From an uncultured Candidatus Saccharibacteria bacterium (GTDB taxonomy: Bacteria; Patescibacteriota; Saccharimonadia; Saccharimonadales; CAIOMD01), in contig CAIOMD010000006.1 of assembly GCA_903859365.1 (NCBI GenBank), positions 22,152-86,151 on the forward strand: a stretch of 64,000 nt of DNA. Reading direction: 5' to 3'. The notes under the pieces were generated by a model. It was not told the DNA's origin and ran no database searches. It saw only the letters and a program-made list of their open reading frames with translations. Every line of letters begins with the position of its first letter. Within the stretch, counting starts at the first letter, position 1. This document shows positions 9,431-20,743 of this stretch, piece by piece. Both the position numbers and the translations under genes were made by a program.

Positions 9431-10348
9431 TTAAGATGATAGCATTTGGCGCGCTTTAAGCGGAATGAAAGGAGCAGCATCTTTCTTTGAACTAATTACA
9501 GTAGGTGCATGATTTGGCATGTGCGCCTGTGTTTCGCTTACGGAAGTATAAATCTGCTTAAGATTGGCAACAACAAGTTTGTGGTCAACATACTGATCAG
9601 AGTCGATTGATACATGTAGCAGGGGCACATCAATTACTATATGTGGTGTCTTAAGTTGTAGTACATCTAACGTAGCGAGAGTGTACGTACGGGGTTCGTT
9701 AGCCTGCCATAGATAAACCTCGTAATCGAGGCGCTTATTTAGTTCTTTCTTATCGGCATCCTTAAATTTAGGATGATTAGCAGCCTGGACTCTATAAATG
9801 GTTTTTAGAATAAAAGGCCTCAGAAAAACGTTTTTAAAAATCCATGATCGATATTTTCCATTAAATATTTTAAGGATTCCAACCCACGATATGTATTTAA
9901 ATTTAGAGACGATGAATTCATCCTGATCAGTAAGACCCGCCAGACTAACGACAAGAGTCATCTGTTTTTTTAGTTCCGGATGATTCTGTAAAAGATGGGT
10001 TAGAATTACGAAACCATAGCTCATACCAACGGCTTTAAACTTGGTAGTGCCATAGTGTTGTTTAATAAAATGGTAGATGTTTTCTGCAAGTGCATCGGCT
10101 GTGGGTTTTATTCCAATAGAATATAGACTTTGCATACCTCCGAAGCCAGGAATATCTGGAACCGTTACCGTGCCTTCATCAGCAATGTTTTCGATAATAC
10201 CTTGCATTCGTTCTATAGATGAATGCAACCCATATAACATCATAATCTGATTATCTGTTTTATCAGTATTGAATGACGGCATAACAAGTTTACGCCCCCG
10301 AAGACCTTGAACAGTCATGGGAGAAATAAACTTTGAAAACTCAGACAT
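9431..10348 (-). CDS. alpha/beta-fold hydrolase
   Basis: Nucleophile elbow 'GMSYG' (GxSxG). 305 aa. Confidence 0.65.
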   Translation of the reverse strand: MSEFSKFISPMTVQGLRGRKLVMPSFNTDKTDNQIMMLYGLHSSIERMQGIIENIADEGTVTVPDIPGFGGMQSLYSIGIKPTADALAENIYHFIKQHYGTTKFKAVGMSYGFVILTHLLQNHPELKKQMTLVVSLAGLTDQDEFIVSKFKYISWVGILKIFNGKYRSWIFKNVFLRPFILKTIYRVQAANHPKFKDADKKELNKRLDYEVYLWQANEPRTYTLATLDVLQLKTPHIVIDVPLLHVSIDSDQYVDHKLVVANLKQIYTSVSETQAHMPNHAPTVISSKKDAAPFIPLKARQMLSS

Positions 10349-10383
10349 AGCTTTTAGTGTAGAACAAAAATCGTTCTTTTACA

Positions 10384-11010
10384 CTACATACTTGTTGTAG
10401 GAGTAGTTGTAGGGGTTTTAGTGGTAGTGTTCGTAGTAGTAGATGTCGTAGGCGTTGGCGTAGTGTTCAATGTGCCATCGTTGTTAAGCGAAGGAGCGGT
10501 CGGGATAGTTACTGTCGCACAAGGTTTGCCACACGTTGTTTTGAGTTGATTGGCTACAGTTGCGAGAGAAGTACCATACGTTGTAAGTGCGTCAACTGAA
10601 GATTTTAGATCTTTTGCCATCATCGATGACTGTGTGCTTGCTGAAATGGTAGCATTTTGTGTAGCTATAGTTTTGTTTAGACCATCGATTGTGACTTTGT
10701 CTTTTGAGTTTTGGTACATATAGCCACCAACTCCACCAAGTACTAGGAATACAACTGCAATGACGACAAATAAAAGAAGTGAGCCAGTCATTGATGATTT
10801 CTTCATAGTGACAACTGGAGGTAGCGATGAAGGGGTGTCAGGTGCAAACATTGCACTCATATCAGGTGCAGCAGCTTGAGGTGTTGGCGCGCTCATTACT
10901 GGTGCAGTGGGAACTGTTTGCATTGGTCGAGTGGCCCCTTGATTGAAGCCATCAACTGAGGCTGTCGGTTGGGGATTAGGGTTAAATGAAGTTGGCTGAT
11001 TATTGTCCAT
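10384..11010 (-). CDS. membrane-anchored protein with Pro/Ala-rich N-terminus and Thr/Pro-rich C-terminal tail
   Basis: A single TM segment 'LLLFVVIAVVFLVLGGVGGYMY' and a C-terminal tail 'TPTPTTSTTTNTTTKTPTTTPTTS'. An AAGGA ribosome-binding site lies 8 nt upstream. A candidate promoter (TTGCTA-15-TAATAT on the minus strand) sits at 11025-11051. Confidence 0.6.
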   Translation of the reverse strand: MDNNQPTSFNPNPQPTASVDGFNQGATRPMQTVPTAPVMSAPTPQAAAPDMSAMFAPDTPSSLPPVVTMKKSSMTGSLLLFVVIAVVFLVLGGVGGYMYQNSKDKVTIDGLNKTIATQNATISASTQSSMMAKDLKSSVDALTTYGTSLATVANQLKTTCGKPCATVTIPTAPSLNNDGTLNTTPTPTTSTTTNTTTKTPTTTPTTSM

Positions 11011-11078
11011 ACGTAAATATCCTTTATATTAAGCTTATGCTTAGTATAGCAAAAAAAGGGGAACAGCAAAATTATAAT

Positions 11079-11488
11079 CTAGCGATTTTTTCTTCGACGT
11101 ATTCGTGCGACATCGAGACGTATCGCATGACGATCTACGAGTTGTCTTGCTCGTTGAAGCTCAATTTTAGTTTGAGCATTATTTTGAAGTTCTTGGGCTA
11201 ATTTCATAGATGCTGCAATTTCTGATTCAACAAGACTATCAGCATGATCGACTTCATCCGCAAGGAGAGTGGCTTTATTATCTTCTATTTCAAGAATTCC
11301 ACCATAAATAGCAAAAATGTCTTCTTTCTTTGCTTTAGTACGAATTGTCAGCGGTCCACCAAGCACAATCGCAGTTAGCGGCTCGTGATGAGACATGATA
11401 ACTGTATCGCCTTCTGAAGTTCTAAGTAGCACTTCAGAGACGTTATCGTGATACTCTGTTCCAGCAAGTGTAATTAGTGAAAAATCCA

Positions 11489-11489
<1 letters not shown>
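11079..11489 (-). CDS. atpC: F0F1 ATP synthase subunit epsilon
   Basis: 136 aa, last gene of the atp operon. The N-terminal β-sandwich region 'GTEYHDNVSEVLLRTSEGD' is typical of epsilon. Confidence 0.85.
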
Positions 11490-12901
<1,412 letters not shown>

Positions 12902-13753
12902 TTATCCATTTGCTGCCTCTGCTCCTGCAGTAATTTCCGCTAGCTCTTGGGTAATTGCAGCCTGTCGAGCATTATTATATGCAAGGGTTAGGTCAGCTAT
13001 AAGGTCTGAAGCATTATCGGTGGCATTCTTCATGGCAAGCATGCGGGCTGCCTGTTCAGCTGCCTTAGCTTCGAGCAGTGCCTGCATCAGTTGCGCCTCC
13101 AACAGACGCTTCAGGACAAAATCTAGCAACTGATCTACTTCTGGCTCGTAGGTTGTGTTAGAACTTACTGGAACAGTAGGAGGTGCAATGGGTAGTAGCT
13201 GAGTAACCAAAACGTCCTGTTTAACAATTGATGTAAAGGTTGTCGAAATGAGCTGAACACTATCTACCTTGCCAGAAACAAATTGATCTATAGCTTCGCT
13301 GAGCACCGGTTGAATAATGGCAACATCTGGGTTCTCAGTATCAGTCATATAGGCTAAAACTTCGTTTAGTTGCGTTGTTCGAGCGACATGCTGGGCTATG
13401 TATTTACCAATTCCAATAACTGGCTGATCTACACCGCTATTAAGCGTATATTTAGCAATTGCACGAAGCACATTGCTGTTGTAAGCGCCGGCTAACCCTC
13501 TATCACTTGATATAGCAATAATAAGCGCCTTCTTGCCATTTCGTTTTGCAAAGAAAGGATGATAGTGCGCTTCTGAGGCACTCGATAATTTTTCAAGCAT
13601 CTTCGTTCCTACTGCAATGTAATCCTTAGGTCCGAGTGCAGCTTCCTGAGCTTTTCGAAGTTTAGAAGCAGCCACAAGTTGCATAGCTTTAGTAATCTGT
13701 TTTGTATTAGTTACAGATTTTATGCGTTGCTTGATACCTTGTTGCGCTGCCAT
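12902..13753 (-). CDS. atpG: F0F1 ATP synthase subunit gamma
   Basis: 283 aa, located between atpA and atpD. Gamma-type N-terminus 'IKQRIKSVTNTKQITKAMQLVAASKLRKAQ'. Confidence 0.9.
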   Translation of the reverse strand: MAAQQGIKQRIKSVTNTKQITKAMQLVAASKLRKAQEAALGPKDYIAVGTKMLEKLSSASEAHYHPFFAKRNGKKALIIAISSDRGLAGAYNSNVLRAIAKYTLNSGVDQPVIGIGKYIAQHVARTTQLNEVLAYMTDTENPDVAIIQPVLSEAIDQFVSGKVDSVQLISTTFTSIVKQDVLVTQLLPIAPPTVPVSSNTTYEPEVDQLLDFVLKRLLEAQLMQALLEAKAAEQAARMLAMKNATDNASDLIADLTLAYNNARQAAITQELAEITAGAEAANG

Positions 13754-13755
13754 AG

Positions 13756-15303
13756 TTAGTTCTTCTTAGCCTTATCGTGGCCAAAACTTTTAGCAATTTT
13801 TTCAGCAATCTTAACAACTTTTTCAACGTCAGCGTCTTCTGGCTTCGTTCCTTTATCCAAGGAAGCATAAATAGTCTTCTCAGACTTTTTAACTTCAGCA
13901 ATAACACGCGTTACCGCTGATTCAACATCTTTGTTAGTCAAACGATCGAGCGCGCCCTTTGTAGCAGCAATCATGGCAATCACTTGTTCGGCAACGCTGA
14001 GGGGCTGAAATTGCTTTTGTTTTAGTACTTCAGTCAACAGACGACCACGATCGATTCTGTTTTTCGTATCTTCATCAAGGTCGCTCGAGAACTGAGCAAA
14101 ACTAGCAAGTTCTCTAAACTGTGCAAGTTCAAGACGAAGTGTTCCAGCAACACTCTTGGTTGCTTTTGTTTGGGCAGCACCACCGACACGCGATACTGAA
14201 AGTCCAACTGAAATAGCAGGGCGGATACCTTGGTAGAACAAATTTGTTTCAAGGAAGATCTGGCCATCAGTAATTGAAATGACGTTGGTTGGAATGTAGG
14301 CGCTAATATCGCCAGCCTGCGTTTCAATAATAGGAAGAGCAGTGAGACTTCCACCACCAAGATCATCAGATAATTTAGCAGAACGCTCAAGGAGTCGTGA
14401 ATGCAAGTAAAAGACATCACCTGGATAGGCTTCACGACCTGGTGGGCGACGAAGTAGTAATGACATTTGTCGGTAAGCAACAGCGTGCTTAGAAAGATCG
14501 TCATAGATTATCAAGGCGTGTTGCTTATTGTCGCGGAAGTATTCAGCCATTGCGGTTCCTGTATAGGGCGCAAGATAGAGCATGCTTGCGGCATCCGAAG
14601 GGCTGGTCGCGACGACAATAGTTTGATCCATAACTCCTTCAGTCTTAAGTCGTTCAACGAGGGCTGCAACCTTTGCACTCTTTTGTCCGATGGCGACGTA
14701 CACGTTAATAACACCAGTCTTTTGACGAGCTTGGTTGATCATTGTATCGACTGCAATTGCCGTTTTGCCAGTTTGACGATCACCAATTAAAAGTTCTCGC
14801 TGTCCTCGACCAATCGGTACCATAGTGTCGATTGCAATAATACCTGTTGCCAGTGGCTCATTAACACTCTTTCGTTCCATTACTCCAGGAGCAGGTCGTT
14901 CAATAAGACCCATTTGCTTTGTTTTAATTGGACCAAGTCCATCAAGAGGAAGTCCAAGTGGGCTCACTACTCGTCCAACAAGCTCAGGGCCGACAGGTAC
15001 TTCAAGTGTATTTCCAGTAAGCGTCGCTTTAGCACCGGCATTAACACCAACTTCGCTCCCCAAAATAACTGCACCAATTTCATCCTCATAAAGATTAAGC
15101 GCAAAGGCTTCAACTTTAGCTCCATCCTTTGTTTCAATAGCAATAACATCACTAAAGCCACAATCTCTGAGCCCGTAGATCCAAACGATACCATCACTAA
15201 CTTTAGTGACAACACCCGATTGTTCCATTTTTGCCCCATCCTTAAGACCATTGATTGCATCATCAATCTCTCGGCTCAGGGCTTTCACATTTAAATCACT
15301 CAT
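13756..15303 (-). CDS. atpA: F0F1 ATP synthase subunit alpha
   Basis: P-loop 'GDRQTGKT'. 515 aa. Confidence 0.97.
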   Translation of the reverse strand: MSDLNVKALSREIDDAINGLKDGAKMEQSGVVTKVSDGIVWIYGLRDCGFSDVIAIETKDGAKVEAFALNLYEDEIGAVILGSEVGVNAGAKATLTGNTLEVPVGPELVGRVVSPLGLPLDGLGPIKTKQMGLIERPAPGVMERKSVNEPLATGIIAIDTMVPIGRGQRELLIGDRQTGKTAIAVDTMINQARQKTGVINVYVAIGQKSAKVAALVERLKTEGVMDQTIVVATSPSDAASMLYLAPYTGTAMAEYFRDNKQHALIIYDDLSKHAVAYRQMSLLLRRPPGREAYPGDVFYLHSRLLERSAKLSDDLGGGSLTALPIIETQAGDISAYIPTNVISITDGQIFLETNLFYQGIRPAISVGLSVSRVGGAAQTKATKSVAGTLRLELAQFRELASFAQFSSDLDEDTKNRIDRGRLLTEVLKQKQFQPLSVAEQVIAMIAATKGALDRLTNKDVESAVTRVIAEVKKSEKTIYASLDKGTKPEDADVEKVVKIAEKIAKSFGHDKAKKN

Positions 15304-15689
15304 TACTTTACTCCTTCAATAATTTTGGCTAGTCGACTTTGGATACTTGCATCGAGCGCTGCTTCTGGTGTTTTAATAATAATTCCACCTATCAGTTTGC
15401 GATCTACTCTGTAAGTACATTCAAGTGTGGTTGCTCCAGTCATATCTTTAATGCTCGTTTCAACTTGTTTTTTAGTTACCTGGCTTAATTCTCGAGCGGA
15501 AGTAATCGAAACGCAGTAGTATCCGTGTTTTGTAAGCGCTCTGGCAACATCATTTACGAGATAATTAACTTGCCGTGTTTTATTGTGCGCCTGCAGCCAG
15601 GAAGCTACTTCAGCCATAACTTTTTTTGAATTTGTCCCTGCAAAAATTTTATCGGCAAGGTAATCTGCAACTTGCGTTCGTGATGTCAT
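15303..15689 (-). CDS. atpH: F0F1 ATP synthase subunit delta (unusually short, 128 aa)
   Basis: C-terminal OSCP-like segment '[25 protein letters not shown]'. Overlaps atpF and atpA by start/stop codons, so there is no room for a longer gene. Confidence 0.7.
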   Translation of the reverse strand: MTSRTQVADYLADKIFAGTNSKKVMAEVASWLQAHNKTRQVNYLVNDVARALTKHGYYCVSITSARELSQVTKKQVETSIKDMTGATTLECTYRVDRKLIGGIIIKTPEAALDASIQSRLAKIIEGVK

Positions 15690-16216
15690 TTAGCTGCGTC
15701 CTTGATTTGTTTTTCAATTTCCATCATATCTTTTTCAGAAGTTAGCTTATCTCCTATAAAAACTGATGCCACCTTAACGACAAGCTTGCTCGTTTCAGAA
15801 ACGAGCTCAGTTCTCGCTTTTTCTACATCACGAGATAATTGATTACGCGCTTCAGTAATAATGTTTTCAGCTCTGAGATTTGCTTTATCCTCAATGGTCT
15901 TTAGAAGTTGTGAAGCTTCGCCATGTGCGCCTGCTAAAATTTCATCGGCTTCAGTTCGAGCTTCAGCAAGTATCTTGTCAGCTTTTGATGTTGCTTGTTC
16001 GAGTGTTTTAGTCGCCTGAGCAGCTTCGTCTAGGCCCTTTTGAAGTTCTTCTTTTCTTTGATCCAAGATAGCAAGGATACGACGTATAGCGTATTTATTA
16101 AGAATCCAAAGTACGATAGCAAAAGCAATAATCTGAAAGGCAAGGCCTTTTAGATTAATGCCGAGCGAGGAAAGCCCGGATGCTGATTCTGTAACTGCGA
16201 AAGACGTGATATTCAT
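15686..16216 (-). CDS. atpF: F0F1 ATP synthase subunit b
   Basis: N-terminal TM helix followed by a long charged coiled coil. 176 aa. Confidence 0.85.
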   Translation of the reverse strand: MNITSFAVTESASGLSSLGINLKGLAFQIIAFAIVLWILNKYAIRRILAILDQRKEELQKGLDEAAQATKTLEQATSKADKILAEARTEADEILAGAHGEASQLLKTIEDKANLRAENIITEARNQLSRDVEKARTELVSETSKLVVKVASVFIGDKLTSEKDMMEIEKQIKDAAK

Positions 16217-16225
16217 TGAAATTTA

Positions 16226-16441
16226 TTACTTTGTTGTAAAGACGATAAGTAGAACGAATACCATTACAGCATCAACAAGACCAGCCATGATAAGTGCCAT
16301 GGTAAAGATCTTTGATTGGGCTTCTGGATTTCGACCTACAGAATTAACTGCTGCTGCACCAATAAGGCCAAGTCCGACAGCTGGTCCGATAGCACCAAGA
16401 CCAATGGTCAGTCCTTTTACTAATTCTGGGCTTAAATTCAT
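16226..16441 (-). CDS. atpE: F0F1 ATP synthase subunit c
   Basis: 71-aa two-helix proteolipid with a 'GLIGAAA' Gly-rich helix. Confidence 0.9.
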   Translation of the reverse strand: MNLSPELVKGLTIGLGAIGPAVGLGLIGAAAVNSVGRNPEAQSKIFTMALIMAGLVDAVMVFVLLIVFTTK

Positions 16442-16463
16442 ATTATTTCTCCTATTACTTACG

Positions 16464-17315
16464 TTAATTTACTGATTCAACCTGTGTCATTTTTTGATCA
16501 CGGGGAGAATGCGAAGCATCATGGCTATCATCATGGATTGGTGTGGTAGACATAGCAAGGTACACCGATGATAACATCAAAAATAAATATGCCTGGATAG
16601 CACTAAAGAAAATTTCCATAAAAATAATTGGGACGGTACCGGCCCATGCAAAATTACCAGTTAGGACAGTAATAACACGGAGAAGTACTTCACCAGCATA
16701 GATAACACCAAACAATCGAAGTGCGAGTGTTACAAGTCGGATCAATTCAGTCAAGATTTCTAGTGGCCCAAGAAAGAAATTCATTGGGTTCCACCAAGGC
16801 TTCAAAATACTAAAATAGTGCTTAATATGGGGGATTGCTCCACGTTCGCGGACTGCATAAAACCAGACTGTTGACATAGCAATCAGCGCAAGGGCTAGTG
16901 TGCCATTAAGATCGGTTGTGAAGGGTCGAAGCAGTGGTGTCTGCTCTGCACCATGAGCAAGATAGATTGTGCCTCCCATGCCAGGCAGTAAGCCAAAAAG
17001 GTTATTTAGTAAAATAAACAAGAAAAAAGAAATGAAAAGGGGTAAAAATTTACGTGCTTTTTTTTCGTCCCCGTCAAAATTGGTTTTAATAGTATCAAGA
17101 ATAAACACGGTAATTATTTCAATGAAATAAACGAATCGTGAACCTGGACGAATCTTAAGACGTCGTGCTGAAAGAACAAAAACGCCAGTGATAATAAGTC
17201 CAATGATAATGCCTAGCAGCATCGAATTAGTCACGCCAAATCCAAAAACCGTAAATACATTCTCAGAAGCAAGCGGTACTGAAGAATCTACCGCAAAGTG
17301 AGAATATGCGCTCAT
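16464..17315 (-). CDS. atpB: F0F1 ATP synthase subunit a
   Basis: 283-aa polytopic membrane protein with the essential arginine in the 'LALRLFGVIYAGEVLL' region. First gene of the operon. Confidence 0.9.
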   Translation of the reverse strand: MSAYSHFAVDSSVPLASENVFTVFGFGVTNSMLLGIIIGLIITGVFVLSARRLKIRPGSRFVYFIEIITVFILDTIKTNFDGDEKKARKFLPLFISFFLFILLNNLFGLLPGMGGTIYLAHGAEQTPLLRPFTTDLNGTLALALIAMSTVWFYAVRERGAIPHIKHYFSILKPWWNPMNFFLGPLEILTELIRLVTLALRLFGVIYAGEVLLRVITVLTGNFAWAGTVPIIFMEIFFSAIQAYLFLMLSSVYLAMSTTPIHDDSHDASHSPRDQKMTQVESVN

Positions 17316-17498
17316 TTAGTACCCGCAATTTGCTGAGTAATATTTTTTGGTACAATCGAAGAAATCAAACTATTTTTATATAACGACATATTTGATTGTA
17401 TAGTAGCAAATAAACTGAGGTGTGGCAATAAAATTAACGGGTAGCGTTTTAGTAAATTCTAAATGTAATTCTCAGACTCTATATACTATAATTGTTTT

Positions 17499-17978
17499 AT
17501 GAAAAAATACTTTATTACCTTCGCCGCTGTCGCGATTCTTGGTATGCTCGTAATCTATTATGGGCCAACTGCTTTTAAATCAGGCAATCCTGCTAAAACC
17601 GGAGGTGGCCCCCTGGCATCTAGCGCGCCTACACAGTCAACTACACCTTCATCAACTACGACTAATTCCTCTACAACAACTACAGCTGTACAGTACAAGG
17701 ATGGTACCTACACTGGATCTGATGCCCAGAATCCCTATGGTGATGTCCAGATTTCAATTGTTATTAACGGCGGAAAAATAACAACTGTTAATCTACTTAC
17801 CATGCCAAATGCAGCTGAGCGGTCACAATATCTATCAAGTCAAGCAGGCCCTTTACTTCAATCGCAAACTATTAGTGCACAAAGTGCCCAAATTGATGGC
17901 GTATCTGGTGCCACATATACGAGCCAAAGTTACCAACAATCGTTACAATCAGCGCTCGATCAAGCAAAAGCAGCCTAA
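17499..17978 (+). CDS. secreted FMN-binding domain protein (flavinylation target)
   Basis: N-terminal signal/anchor, a Thr/Ser-rich linker, and the flavinylation motif 'DGVSGATYTS' (the Dxx[ST]GAT consensus recognised by ApbE). A TATAAT -10 element sits 11 nt upstream of the ATG. Confidence 0.75.
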   Translation: MKKYFITFAAVAILGMLVIYYGPTAFKSGNPAKTGGGPLASSAPTQSTTPSSTTTNSSTTTTAVQYKDGTYTGSDAQNPYGDVQISIVINGGKITTVNLLTMPNAAERSQYLSSQAGPLLQSQTISAQSAQIDGVSGATYTSQSYQQSLQSALDQAKAA

Positions 17979-17986
17979 ATAGAGCT

Positions 17987-18700
17987 ATGCGTAAAGTTCA
18001 AATCATAATGGGAATACCCATAAGTATTGATGTTCCTGATGGTACAGACAAAATACTATCTGATTCATTCAATATTTTTACTAAACTTGATGAGCGCTTT
18101 AGTACTTACAAAGAACAAAGTGAAGTATCAAGATTTAATAGGGGAATTGTCACAATAGAGGAATCATCTGAAGAATTTAGAAAAATATTTAACATTTGTG
18201 AACAACTAAAAAAAGAAACTGGTGGCTATTTTGATGCTCAATTCGATTCAGATTACGATCCAAGTGGCTATGTAAAAGCCTATGCAATCAATCAAGTGTC
18301 TCAATTCTTGAAACAATCCGGATATGAAACCTTTCTAATAAATGCAGGCGGAGACATTGTGGCAAATTCAAGTGATGCAAATACATGGAAGATTGGAATT
18401 TCTAATCCAAATGACACAAAAAAGATCCTGGCTCACCTAGAAGTAGATGCAATCGCTGTCGCCTCGTCAGGTAATTACGAAAGGGGTCATCATATAATAA
18501 ACCCGATTTCACGCATCACACCTGATTACTTTAAATCAGTAACAATTTTTGGTCCCTCTATTCTCATAGCGGATGTCTATGCAACCGTCATTTTTGCGAT
18601 GGGCAAAAAGGGGCTTTCAGTACTGAAGCAACTCCCGGGATACAGTTGTATATACATTAATAAAAATAATGAGCTGAGACAGCTCTTATCAAGCAAATGA
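17987..18700 (+). CDS. apbE: FAD:protein FMN transferase (ApbE family)
   Basis: 237 aa, starts 9 nt after the FMN-binding gene. Overall similarity to ApbE family flavin transferases is recognised. Confidence 0.7.
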   Translation: MRKVQIIMGIPISIDVPDGTDKILSDSFNIFTKLDERFSTYKEQSEVSRFNRGIVTIEESSEEFRKIFNICEQLKKETGGYFDAQFDSDYDPSGYVKAYAINQVSQFLKQSGYETFLINAGGDIVANSSDANTWKIGISNPNDTKKILAHLEVDAIAVASSGNYERGHHIINPISRITPDYFKSVTIFGPSILIADVYATVIFAMGKKGLSVLKQLPGYSCIYINKNNELRQLLSSK

Positions 18701-20002
18701 GAATTGCTCAGTAATAATCTGATCGTCATAAAAATCAAGATTCTTGAGCTGCTTAATAATCGAATTTGTCATGGCGGGAGGCCCACATACATAGACCGCT
18801 TCGTCTCTATCTTCTGCGACAAATTTCAAAAGAGTAGCTTCAGTGATATAGCCCGTTTCACTTGCAACATGAATCGCGAGCCTAAAGGTAGCTGGATAGG
18901 TATTTAAAAGTTGATTAAACTCTTCCTTGAAGGCAACATCCTCTCTATTGACAACACTATAGAGCACCGTTATGTCGCGTTTATCTTCTAGCAGTGATTT
19001 AGCGAGTGGTATAAAAGGAGATACTCCAATCCCACCAGCAATCATAAGAACCTTCCGATCAAATGAATGCTCCGTAACAAACGATCCACGAGGGCCATCA
19101 ACAAGTAATCGAGTGCCTACGGGCACTGATGCAAGCTTATTTGTAAAATCTCCCGAGGTCTTAAAGGTAAAACGTAAATGATCAGAACCGGGGACTGAAG
19201 AAAACGAAAAAGGATGGTTTTGTAAAAAAAACTTAGGGTTCAACATTCGCCAATGTGCGTATTGTCCCGCCTTATAGGTATACTTTTGAATATTCCGGCC
19301 TGAAATATATACAGAATAAATACCATTTGCTTCTGGTATAATTTTTTCAACTTTAAAACCATGGTATAAGCTGAGCGTAATGTGTCGAATAAAACGATAG
19401 TAGGCAACAATTACAAAAAGAAGGCCAAAAAGAAAATACCAGTATGCTCGCATCCAAGGAAGTGTCGATACATCACCACCACTATCTACCTGGTGAGAAA
19501 AGGTAAGGACTATACTGCCGTACACAATAACGTGAATAAAATACCAAAGCTCATATGGTAATTTTTTTCGTACTAATTTAATGCTGAACAAGGCAGCGAT
19601 TATAAGCGCAGCGGAACCGACCAAAGCACTGAGTAGACCTGAGAATTGACTCGGGAACGACCAGAATTGTTTCCAGAGGCTGAAATGGTCAAGTGCCCCA
19701 TAACCAACAGTAACAAACACAATATGAACTATAAGTGAATAGACAATGGTATATCCCGCATATCTATGAAATTCATTTATCTCCTCGAGCGAAAAATTAT
19801 CCTCAATAAAGGGAGCTCGACTCATAACTAAAAATTCAAGCAGTACTCCAGCGGTTGCTATAATCCCCGCGATACGGCTAATTGCTATAATGCGGTCGCT
19901 AGAAGTATTGAGCCCATGACCACTTTTAATGAACCAGCCATAAAACATAACTAGAAGGGCAAAAGCGATGATGGTGAGGATAAATTGTCTTTGTTTTTTC
20001 AT
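18689..20002 (-). CDS. NOX/ferric-reductase-like membrane flavocytochrome (FRD TM domain + FAD-binding + NAD(P)-binding)
   Basis: Six N-terminal TM helices carrying conserved His residues, FAD-binding motif 'HPFSFSS', and NAD(P)-binding motif 'GGIGVSPF'. 437 aa. Confidence 0.75.
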   Translation of the reverse strand: MKKQRQFILTIIAFALLVMFYGWFIKSGHGLNTSSDRIIAISRIAGIIATAGVLLEFLVMSRAPFIEDNFSLEEINEFHRYAGYTIVYSLIVHIVFVTVGYGALDHFSLWKQFWSFPSQFSGLLSALVGSAALIIAALFSIKLVRKKLPYELWYFIHVIVYGSIVLTFSHQVDSGGDVSTLPWMRAYWYFLFGLLFVIVAYYRFIRHITLSLYHGFKVEKIIPEANGIYSVYISGRNIQKYTYKAGQYAHWRMLNPKFFLQNHPFSFSSVPGSDHLRFTFKTSGDFTNKLASVPVGTRLLVDGPRGSFVTEHSFDRKVLMIAGGIGVSPFIPLAKSLLEDKRDITVLYSVVNREDVAFKEEFNQLLNTYPATFRLAIHVASETGYITEATLLKFVAEDRDEAVYVCGPPAMTNSIIKQLKNLDFYDDQIITEQFSFA

Positions 20003-20053
20003 AAATAAATATACTGCTAAGTATACCTTAGGCTGAGCTGAAGTCGATTAAAT

Positions 20054-20659
20054 TTAATTTAAATTTATTTGATTTACAAGTTCGTTGTAGCCTGGAACCT
20101 GATTTTGGAATAGGCTATTAATGCTCTGAGTTTTACCAGAGAATGTGCCCAATCCCGCACCGATACATGTAGTAGTCCATAAACTTGCAGGGGCATGTGA
20201 AATACCGTCCGAGCTATATGTAAATTTCTGGCCAAAGGGACATTGTCCAGCTATAGATTGTACAGCTGGTTTTGAACGCTCGGAAGTGAATCCAAGATTA
20301 TATATGGCGTGCAGAAACTCTAGATATGAAGTTTGGTTATTTGGAAATGATTGCGAGGTCAGAGGCAGATAGGTGTAGCCTTTGTAAATATTTAACACGA
20401 CTGATGAAGATGAAACAGTTACCTTAATACTGCGATGATCTGTATCATTATTCGTAACACCTTCTTGCAAAAAGCTCACGGAAGAAGTATTCGGAGAAGC
20501 CGTAAACGATGCAGCAATGGCAGCTGCACTGTTAACTGAATTTTTATTAGACTTACTAATCTGCGTAAGCTCATAAAAACAAAAAATAAATGCAACTAAT
20601 AGGATGCCGCCAAAAACAAGCGCGCGTAAAAATCGTAATCTGTATAGATGCGTATCCAT
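20054..20659 (-). CDS. hypothetical membrane-anchored extracytoplasmic protein
   Basis: N-terminal TM anchor, then a Ser/Thr-rich linker and a Cys-containing globular region. Confidence 0.5.
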   Translation of the reverse strand: MDTHLYRLRFLRALVFGGILLVAFIFCFYELTQISKSNKNSVNSAAAIAASFTASPNTSSVSFLQEGVTNNDTDHRSIKVTVSSSSVVLNIYKGYTYLPLTSQSFPNNQTSYLEFLHAIYNLGFTSERSKPAVQSIAGQCPFGQKFTYSSDGISHAPASLWTTTCIGAGLGTFSGKTQSINSLFQNQVPGYNELVNQINLN

Positions 20660-20743
20660 ACCTTTAATATACCATATTTAAGCATAAATAGCAAGGTAGG
20701 GGTGCTAGATTAACAGCTTACATCGTTATACAATAATTTCAGT

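Noticed and set aside
14034-15294. Several ORFs of 88-156 aa on both strands within atpA.
   Set aside because: They overlap the highly conserved atpA in other frames and are composition artefacts.
20050-20075. AATTTA-type tandem micro-repeat (taaatttaatttaaattta).
   Set aside because: It lies at the 3' end and stop of the 20054..20659 gene. A simple low-complexity AT stretch, not a meaningful repeat array.
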